Made by a program: the position numbers and the translations under genes. The notes beneath the pieces were generated by a model that saw only the letters and a program-made list of their open reading frames with translations, did not search any database and was not told where the DNA came from. 64,000 nt of DNA from a bacterium (GTDB taxonomy: Bacteria; Patescibacteriota; Minisyncoccia; Moranbacterales; UBA2206). Below are positions 57,497-64,000 of the stretch, one piece after another. Each line of letters starts with the position of its first letter. Position 1 is the stretch's first letter. The DNA lies in the NCBI GenBank assembly GCA_030654225.1, contig JAURXY010000003.1:16056-80055 (forward strand), written 5' to 3'.

Positions 57497-58363
57497 ATGA
57501 AAGAATTTTTTAAGAGTAGTTTGTTTTGGTTGTTGCCGTTGATTCTTTTTTTAATGGCATTATACAGAGAATGGGAAAATGATAACAACCTTGGAAAAGA
57601 AATTAGAAAAATTTTTTGTAACAAAAAGTTTAAAGGAAAAAAGGTTTCGATAAGACAGCCAGATATATTTCTTTATTATATCCTTCAACGTTCTTTAAAT
57701 TATTTATTCAGGGGAATTGTCCTTAGGCATATTTTAAATTATTATCTAGTGTTCCCTCTTACAATAATTTTTTCACTATTTTTATATTATCGATATGAAG
57801 TTGACGATCAGAGTTTGATATTGTTTATAACATTCATGTCTATACTTTGGTATTCCAAAGAAACTTTTGATTCCAGGCAAGAACAAAAAAATGCAAATAG
57901 AATTGCGAAAAAAGCAAATGAAATTGCAATTGGAAGACCCGTTCTATCAATTATAAAAAATTATGGTGATACGATTGAACTTAGAAATGATGGAACTAAT
58001 ATAGCTTACAATATTTGGATTAAATTTTATTATAAGGAAAGAGAAAATATTAAAAATGACAAGATTAAATTTCCAATTTTAGGTAGGGGACTATTTTACC
58101 GGATTGACATTAACAACGGAGCGTTTAATATTCTGTTGAGCGAAAATTCAAAAAAATTAATTGATTTAATAGATGGAGAAAAGAAAAATGAAAATGATCA
58201 GCTGATTCCAGATGAAAATTTAGGAGTGATTATTGAATATAGCGATTCCTCAAGTAAAGAAGGGAGACAGTATTTTGATTATTGGAAAGTAGATAAGGAT
58301 ATCTTATTGAGTCATAATGAAGGAAGATTTAGATTAGAGAAAATGAATATTGTAAATAAATAA
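57497..58363 (+). CDS. Membrane hypothetical protein
   Basis: Several TMs, then RP...LRNDGTNIAYNI soluble domain; AT-rich. Confidence 0.65.
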   Translation: MKEFFKSSLFWLLPLILFLMALYREWENDNNLGKEIRKIFCNKKFKGKKVSIRQPDIFLYYILQRSLNYLFRGIVLRHILNYYLVFPLTIIFSLFLYYRYEVDDQSLILFITFMSILWYSKETFDSRQEQKNANRIAKKANEIAIGRPVLSIIKNYGDTIELRNDGTNIAYNIWIKFYYKERENIKNDKIKFPILGRGLFYRIDINNGAFNILLSENSKKLIDLIDGEKKNENDQLIPDENLGVIIEYSDSSSKEGRQYFDYWKVDKDILLSHNEGRFRLEKMNIVNK

Positions 58364-58405
58364 AACCATGCGAAGTAAGTCTGAGATCTTGAACTAATTT
58401 ATTTT

Positions 58406-58539
58406 ATGAATAAACAAGACAAAAACAACCATCTCAAACGGTGAGACTAAGATCGAAGTGCATGTTGAGTGTGAGACGATGTGGCAACTGTTCGGAAATT
58501 CCGAACAACTTAGCATAAAAAGATTTCTTACATACTGCC
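58406..58539 (+). pseudogene. RhuM-like gene remnant
   Basis: Fragments NGETKIEVHVECETMW, ATVRKFRTT, KDFLHTA in broken frames. Confidence 0.6.
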
Positions 58540-58575
58540 TAATATTCTAAAAATTATAAACTAACTAAAAAAAAT

Positions 58576-59745
58576 ATGAAAACAATTTTAAAAACCGACA
58601 TTACTGTCAAAGATATTTGCGAAGGATTTGTTTATAACGAACTTGAGGGCAAAGGACTTTTTGGTTTGTCTGGCAAATTAACCATTCAACCGGAATATCA
58701 GCGTAATTATATTTATGCCTCCGATGGTGGGAAAAGAGAAATTGCTGTTATCGAATCAATACTTAAGGGTTATCCAATAGGTTTGATTTATTTTAATGTG
58801 GTTTCTGAAAGTGGTCTGGAAGTTTTGGACGGGCAACAGCGCATCACTAGTCTCGGACGATTTTTGACTGATAAATTTGCAATCAAAGATGAAAATGGCA
58901 TGGAACAATATTTTTCAGGTCTTGCAAAAGATAAACAATCCAAAATATTAAAGACAACACTAACTATTTATGAATGTAAAGGCGAAGAAAGTGAGATAAA
59001 AGAATGGTTTCGAACGATTAATATTGCCGGTGTTCCGCTTAATAATCAAGAACTTCTCAATGCAGTTTATTCTGGTCCGTTTGTTACGCTTGGCAAAGAA
59101 GAATTTTCAAACAGCCAAAACGCCAATATTCAAAAATGGAGCGCTTATGTATCGGGTAGCGCCAACCGACAAGAATTTTTGGAATGCGCATTGGACTGGG
59201 TTAGTAAATGCAATATCGGCGATTATATGAGCAGTCATCGCAATGATAAAAATATTACTGAATTAAAAACCTATTTTAACAGTGTGATTGATTGGGTATC
59301 TAATGTATTTACTGATATTGAGAGCGAGATGAAAGGTATTGAATGGGGACGATTGTATGAGCAGTATCACAAGAAAGCTTATGATCCTGTTAAAGTGTCG
59401 GCAGAAGTGAAAAAACTTTACGGTGATCCGTATATCAAAAATCGAAAAGGTATTTTTGAATATATTCTCGGTGGATCCGTCAACACAAAATTACTTGAGG
59501 TTAGAATTTTTGATGAAGCAATTAAAAAAGCAGTTTATGTAACACAAACTACTAAAGCAGAGAAAAAAGGCAAATCAAATTGCTCGCATTGTGCTATTGG
59601 ACACGATGCTAACAAAAGCAAGATTTGGAAGCTAGATGAAATGGACGCCGATCATGTGGCGGCATGGAGCAAGGGTGGTGCGACTTCAATAAAAAACTGT
59701 GAAATGTTGTGTAAGACGCATAATAGAGCAAAGGGGAATCGGTAA
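58576..59745 (+). CDS. DUF262 (ParB/Srx-like) plus HNH endonuclease, GmrSD-related
   Basis: QPEYQR, LDGQQR, F..IN; ADH..WSKGG...[13 protein letters not shown]. Confidence 0.9.
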   Translation: MKTILKTDITVKDICEGFVYNELEGKGLFGLSGKLTIQPEYQRNYIYASDGGKREIAVIESILKGYPIGLIYFNVVSESGLEVLDGQQRITSLGRFLTDKFAIKDENGMEQYFSGLAKDKQSKILKTTLTIYECKGEESEIKEWFRTINIAGVPLNNQELLNAVYSGPFVTLGKEEFSNSQNANIQKWSAYVSGSANRQEFLECALDWVSKCNIGDYMSSHRNDKNITELKTYFNSVIDWVSNVFTDIESEMKGIEWGRLYEQYHKKAYDPVKVSAEVKKLYGDPYIKNRKGIFEYILGGSVNTKLLEVRIFDEAIKKAVYVTQTTKAEKKGKSNCSHCAIGHDANKSKIWKLDEMDADHVAAWSKGGATSIKNCEMLCKTHNRAKGNR

Positions 59746-59776
59746 AAAACTAAAAGCGTAATTAATAAGCTTTGGA

Positions 59777-60286
59777 ATGAATAAAAATATGATAGATGAT
59801 AATCTAAAGCTAATAATAGAGAGTGTTTCTGATGAAAAGTTCAACGAAACTATATCTAAAGGAGCTTTAAAATTAAATGATAATCAAATTCAAACAGTGT
59901 CTTTTATTTTTTGGCTTTGTTATATGGCTGAAAATGATTTGAATGATGTGTTAAAACAGGCGTGGCAATTATCAACTGAAATAACGAATCCAGAAATTAG
60001 CGAGTCTGATCAAAAAATATTATTGAAAACATTTTCAAAAAAAGATAACTTTGACATTAATAATTTAGAATATTTTGCAGACAAAATAAAAATACACGAA
60101 GCAATGTGTGACGATAATCTTACAAAATTATTATGGAAATTAAATGAGCTAAGAAATGATATAAGTCATAATCGCATTAATAAGTTGGGATATAACGGCC
60201 AGAGCTTATTTTTAAGAGAAATAAAAGAAAAAATATTATTTGACTATTTTGAATTGTTTGAACATTATAAACCAATAAAATTATGA
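59777..60286 (+). CDS. Putative HEPN-domain protein
   Basis: Helical protein with LNELRNDISH (R-x4-H). Confidence 0.55.
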   Translation: MNKNMIDDNLKLIIESVSDEKFNETISKGALKLNDNQIQTVSFIFWLCYMAENDLNDVLKQAWQLSTEITNPEISESDQKILLKTFSKKDNFDINNLEYFADKIKIHEAMCDDNLTKLLWKLNELRNDISHNRINKLGYNGQSLFLREIKEKILFDYFELFEHYKPIKL

Positions 60287-60343
60287 TTTCACTGCTTCCT
60301 TCATATCTTTCGCTTCGATATGAAAGCGAAGTAAGAAAATAAC

Positions 60344-61201
60344 ATGAAAAATTATCGTCTTGCCATTGATGGTGATCGTTATGAGCAATACTATTGGAGT
60401 TTATTTATTCAAAACAATTTTCAAAGCTATGAGGATTTTTGGATAGAGAATATTGTTCTGCTAACCAATCGACCGCAAGATATTCATTTCAAAACTGATC
60501 AGGAATTAGCAAAAATTGGAAAAACAGACAACGATATTTGCATTGCTCAACTTCATTATTCAATTTTGAGGCATTTGGCTCGAGCGTTTGATATTTGGAA
60601 CAAGGACCGTGTTGATCTTGACGATTTGACTGACGGGATGACTCGATTGTGTGGTGCACTTGATGTCACGTTTGAATTATTGGAAAGATTTGAAAACCCT
60701 TCTAATTATGATTCTTGGCTTGCAAGAAAAAATAATGGCAATCTAGGTGGTGAAGATGCTCGAAAGAATTGGAAAGAAAAATATCCTGAAAATATAAAAT
60801 TAATTAGATATTATAGAAATCATCTTGTTCACGGGAGGATGACGCCTGGAATAATAGAACATATTTTTTATTTTCCAAAAATAAGTATGGAAGAGAAATA
60901 TTTTGATTGGAGAGAAATAACTTTCAAAAATGAAATGGAAAAAAATAAAAATAATTTTATGTCGGCAAAAGAAATTTTGGAATTGGCGTGGCATGAAGTG
61001 GTTGACTATCTTGATAACCAATGGAGAATTCACTTGTTAAAACAGGAAAATCCTGATAAGGATATAGACAAATCAAATCTTATTTCAAAGAAGACTGCTA
61101 GTGGCGTATGGTCTAAAGGCACAAAAGTTTTCAATACATCTGCAACGCAACTTAGTGGCTCAGTGTATGAAACAGGCAAGGACGAAAAAATAATTTTTTA
61201 A
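60344..61201 (+). CDS. Putative HEPN-domain protein
   Basis: Helical protein with YRNHLVHG (R-x4-H). Confidence 0.55.
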   Translation: MKNYRLAIDGDRYEQYYWSLFIQNNFQSYEDFWIENIVLLTNRPQDIHFKTDQELAKIGKTDNDICIAQLHYSILRHLARAFDIWNKDRVDLDDLTDGMTRLCGALDVTFELLERFENPSNYDSWLARKNNGNLGGEDARKNWKEKYPENIKLIRYYRNHLVHGRMTPGIIEHIFYFPKISMEEKYFDWREITFKNEMEKNKNNFMSAKEILELAWHEVVDYLDNQWRIHLLKQENPDKDIDKSNLISKKTASGVWSKGTKVFNTSATQLSGSVYETGKDEKIIF

Positions 61202-61340
61202 TCGCTTTATTACATCTTTGGTTTGAGAGTGATTTGTTTTCGGGGTATAATAGAAAAAAGAGGTCAACTACATTTTTGAATAAATGGGGTCAGGTACCTT
61301 TTTCAGAAATAAATTTAAGAAATAATTTTTGTTAAGTAAT

Positions 61341-61481
61341 ATGTTAAGTAACACTTTTTTCAAAGGAATCTTAATAAAACTAAAAACTAAAGAAATAAAA
61401 ACGATCTATAGTCAAAAATTGGTGGACTTGGAGGAACTCAAAAAATCAGCACCTAGGAAGGTTTTTTCGGGGGAGCTATAA
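61341..61481 (+). pseudogene. Remnant of a type I R-M specificity subunit C-terminus
   Basis: TKEIKTIYSQKLVDLEELKKSAPRKVFSGEL* resembles the HsdS terminal LKKS.L.KAF.GEL. Confidence 0.7.
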
Positions 61482-61612
61482 AACGCTTTATATCAAGCAC
61501 TATTTTGACAGTGTGCACAGGCAGTGTGCAGATATTGACAACTATGCACAAAAAATGGTAAAATTTGTGCATAATAAAAAATATCTACACAATAAGACGA
61601 TATTTCAGAAAC

Positions 61613-61643
61613 AAAAAAAGACGGAAATTAATCCGTCTTTTTT
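61613..61643 (-). terminator. Terminator after rpmE
   Basis: aaaaaaagacgga...tccgtctttttt. Confidence 0.75.
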
Positions 61644-61659
61644 GCTATAAAAAGCTATA

Positions 61660-61953
61660 TTATTTTTTCTTTTTAGAAAATACTTTCTTGATTTCGGCCT
61701 TGGTTTTGACAACTTTTTCTTTCTTTGGTTTTTTGGCTACTTTTTTGGCGGCGGCTTTTTCAGCTAATTTTTTGAAGCGATCAACTCGGCCCGTAGCGCC
61801 CATTTCTTTCTTTTTGCCAGTGTATAGCGGGTGGCAAGCTCCACAAATTTCAATTTTCATTTCTGGCACTGTTGAACCGGTTTCAATCACGCTACCGCAA
61901 GAACAGGTTATTTTTGCGTCAGAATAGTACTTAGGATGAATGTTTTTCTTCAT
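61660..61953 (-). CDS. rpmE: 50S ribosomal protein L31 (Zn-binding type, Lys-rich tail)
   Basis: MKKNIHPKY, CSCG, CGACHPLYTG, GRVDRF. Confidence 0.97.
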   Translation of the reverse strand: MKKNIHPKYYSDAKITCSCGSVIETGSTVPEMKIEICGACHPLYTGKKKEMGATGRVDRFKKLAEKAAAKKVAKKPKKEKVVKTKAEIKKVFSKKKK

Positions 61954-62010
61954 AAGGTTAGGTAAGTTTTAGTTGTTTATACTAAGGTAATTTAGCATAG
62001 CCTTTGAGAA

Positions 62011-62170
62011 TTGACAAGGGGCGCCGTGGATGATATATTAGATAAGTCGTTTTATTTCAAATAAGACGGCTAAAACACATACTTTCTCTGGATTCCGTCC
62101 TGATCCCCAAAAAGGGATTTTAGGAGTCCAGCTTTTTAGTAAGCCAAGAGAGAGTAGCGGGATAATTAAT
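62011..62170 (+). promoter_or_regulatory. rpsB promoter and structured 5' leader (t44/S2-leader-like)
   Basis: TTGACA-17 nt-TATATT, then a leader with nested stems (ctggattcc/ggagtccag, atccc/gggat). Confidence 0.55.
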
Positions 62171-62183
62171 TAAGGAAAAAACA

Positions 62184-62999
62184 ATGGAAGAAAATAAGAA
62201 AGAATCGACCGTAATGGTTGATCAAAACGCTCCAGCTAAACAGCCGGTAGTTGATTGTTTCTCTGATTTAGATTTTTCTAAATTGGAAGTGACGCTCGAA
62301 GAAATGTTTAAGAACGGTGTTCATTTCGGACATCACAAATCAAGGAAGAGTCCAAAGATGAATAAATTTATCTTTGCAACCAAAGATAATATTAATATTT
62401 TGAATTTGGAAAAAACCAAAGAGAGACTTGAAGAGGCCATGAAATTTATTTCTAAGATAATTTCCGAAAATCAAGAAATACTTTTCGTTGGAACAAAAAA
62501 ACAAGCCAAAAAAATAGTAGAATCAGCTGCCAAGAAATGTGGTATGCCAAGCGTCACAGAAAGATGGTTGGGTGGAACTTTCACTAATTTTTCAGTAATT
62601 TCTGGTCGCACTAGATATCTTCGCGAAGGATCAGAAAAACAACAAAAAGGTGAGTTTGCTAAATACACCAAATTTGAACAAATGAAAAAAGCGGAAGAAC
62701 TGGAAAGATTGGAAAACAAGATGGGAGGAATAAGAGAAATGATGAAACTACCAGGGGCTATTTTTATCGCTTCAGTAATGGAAGATAACATTGCCTTGAA
62801 AGAAGCGAAGAACAAGGGCATTCCAGTTATCGCTTTGGTGGACACTAATATTGATCCAACGGATGTGGATTATCCAATTCCAGCTAATGAAGACGCCGTT
62901 TCATCTTTGAAATTGATGTTAGCTTATATCACAAAAGCAGTTTTGGATGGCAAGGAAAGAAAAGAAAAATCAATCATTGAAGAAAAAGTAATTAGTTAA
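62184..62999 (+). CDS. rpsB: 30S ribosomal protein S2
   Basis: GVHFGH, FVGTKKQA, RWLGG.FTN, VDTN, PANED. Confidence 0.97.
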   Translation: MEENKKESTVMVDQNAPAKQPVVDCFSDLDFSKLEVTLEEMFKNGVHFGHHKSRKSPKMNKFIFATKDNINILNLEKTKERLEEAMKFISKIISENQEILFVGTKKQAKKIVESAAKKCGMPSVTERWLGGTFTNFSVISGRTRYLREGSEKQQKGEFAKYTKFEQMKKAEELERLENKMGGIREMMKLPGAIFIASVMEDNIALKEAKNKGIPVIALVDTNIDPTDVDYPIPANEDAVSSLKLMLAYITKAVLDGKERKEKSIIEEKVIS

Positions 63000-63008
63000 A
63001 AAAAGAGC

Positions 63009-63587
63009 ATGTTAGATAAAATAAAAAAATTAAGAGAACAAACGGGAGCAGGAATGGTTGACATCAAAAAGGCTTTGGAAGAAGCAAGTGGCGATGAGGC
63101 AAAAGCTATTGAAATACTTCGTAAGCGCGGAAAAGAAAAAGCCTTGAAAAAATCCGAACGAACTACCCAAGAAGGAGTTGTGGTAAGCTACATCCATTCA
63201 AATAAAAAAGTAGGCGCTATAATCAAACTTCTTTGTGAAACTGATTTCGTGGCTAAGAATGAAGAATTTGGAAAATTAGCACAGGACATTGCTATGCATA
63301 TCACAGCCATGAATCCAAAATACATAAAACCAGAAGATGTTCCTGCGGAAATTGTGGATAAGGAAAAAGAAATTTGGATCGAACAATTGAAAAATGAAGG
63401 CAAGAGCGAAAACTTGATGCCAAATATTTTGGCCGGAAAAGAAAAGAAATTCCGCGAGGAACTATCGCTTATGACACAACCATTTGTCAAAAATCCAGAT
63501 CAAACTATTGGTGATTTAGTGAAAGAAAAAATTGGAAAAATTGGAGAAAATATTCAGGTGGGAAAGTTTTATCGAATAGAACTATAA
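63009..63587 (+). CDS. tsf: Elongation factor Ts (short form)
   Basis: LREQTGAGM, CETDFVA, IAMHI, KIGENI. Confidence 0.96.
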   Translation: MLDKIKKLREQTGAGMVDIKKALEEASGDEAKAIEILRKRGKEKALKKSERTTQEGVVVSYIHSNKKVGAIIKLLCETDFVAKNEEFGKLAQDIAMHITAMNPKYIKPEDVPAEIVDKEKEIWIEQLKNEGKSENLMPNILAGKEKKFREELSLMTQPFVKNPDQTIGDLVKEKIGKIGENIQVGKFYRIEL

Positions 63588-63594
63588 AAACTAT

Positions 63595-64000
63595 ATGGCT
63601 AATGTTTTAGTTTCTATATATTCTTGGGAAAATCCTAAGATTTATAGAAGCAATATTGAACTGAAAAAAGATGACAAGGTTATTGTTCCAATGGAAAATG
63701 GGAATGAACTTGGAATAGTTTTGGAAATTGATGTTAAAACTAAGGATGATTTGAAAGAAGAAGTGGTGAGAAAAGCAACTAAAAGAGACGCGGAAACTTA
63801 TGAAAAATATGAAAAAGAAAAAGATACTTTGCTGGATAGATGTCGAAAAGAGATAAAAGAAAGTCAACTGCCAATGAAGGTAATTGATGTTAGAATAAGT
63901 TTGGATGGTAAGCAGGCTACTTTTGTTTTTACGGCTGATGGCCGAGTGGATTTTCGAGAATTAGTCAAGGTTCTTTCCAAGGATTTCAAAAAATCGATTA
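63595..64000 (+). CDS. PSP1/YaaT (RicT) family protein, partial
   Basis: MANVLVSIYSW...LPMKVID...FTADGRVDFRELVK runs off the window end. Confidence 0.88.
   Translation, partial: MANVLVSIYSWENPKIYRSNIELKKDDKVIVPMENGNELGIVLEIDVKTKDDLKEEVVRKATKRDAETYEKYEKEKDTLLDRCRKEIKESQLPMKVIDVRISLDGKQATFVFTADGRVDFRELVKVLSKDFKKSI

Noticed and set aside
61282-61302. aaatggggtcaggtacctttt as a RAYT-associated end motif
   Set aside because: Single copy and no transposase in the window; the resemblance is from memory only.
61565-61927. 120-aa plus-strand ORF and the many other short antisense ORFs in the track
   Set aside because: They are shadows of well-supported genes on the opposite strand or in another frame (here rpmE).
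1-64000. Alternative genetic code (UGA=Gly)
   Set aside because: Conserved genes are full length under code 11 and TGA ends some ORFs (for example at 4301 and 43100).

Overview
Low-GC bacterial chromosome segment in standard genetic code 11. The gene content and the mostly SD-less starts suggest Patescibacteria/CPR (inference). From 5' to 3' it holds: the end of the ATP synthase operon (atpD end, atpC) with a CsoSCA-like beta-carbonic anhydrase appended; a five-gene Ehr/hydrogenase-4-like membrane complex; leuS; GlmU-like/glmM/glmS; rlmN; dxs; a Fic toxin-antitoxin pair; divergent Elp3 and Trm9-like methyltransferase genes; tRNA-Leu(CAA); parAB with a LemA/TPM/PH cassette; rel, topA, dprA; a VirD4/HerA-like ATPase pair; mnmA, alaS, tyrS, speD, ftsA; the infA-rpmJ-alpha-rplM-rpsI cluster; a ~7 kb defence hotspot; rpmE, rpsB, tsf and a partial PSP1 gene. 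The main leads are (1) an Ehr complex lacking both the NiFe ligands and the small-subunit Fe-S cysteines, next to a carbonic anhydrase; (2) a possible Elp3/Trm9/MnmA wobble-uridine pathway; (3) two copies of a long covarying hairpin with conserved loops; (4) a cassette bounded by a synonymously diverged duplicate of the parB 3' end; and (5) many small palindromes and heptamer arrays, several inserted in-frame in essential genes. All protein calls come from motif recognition; no searches were run.
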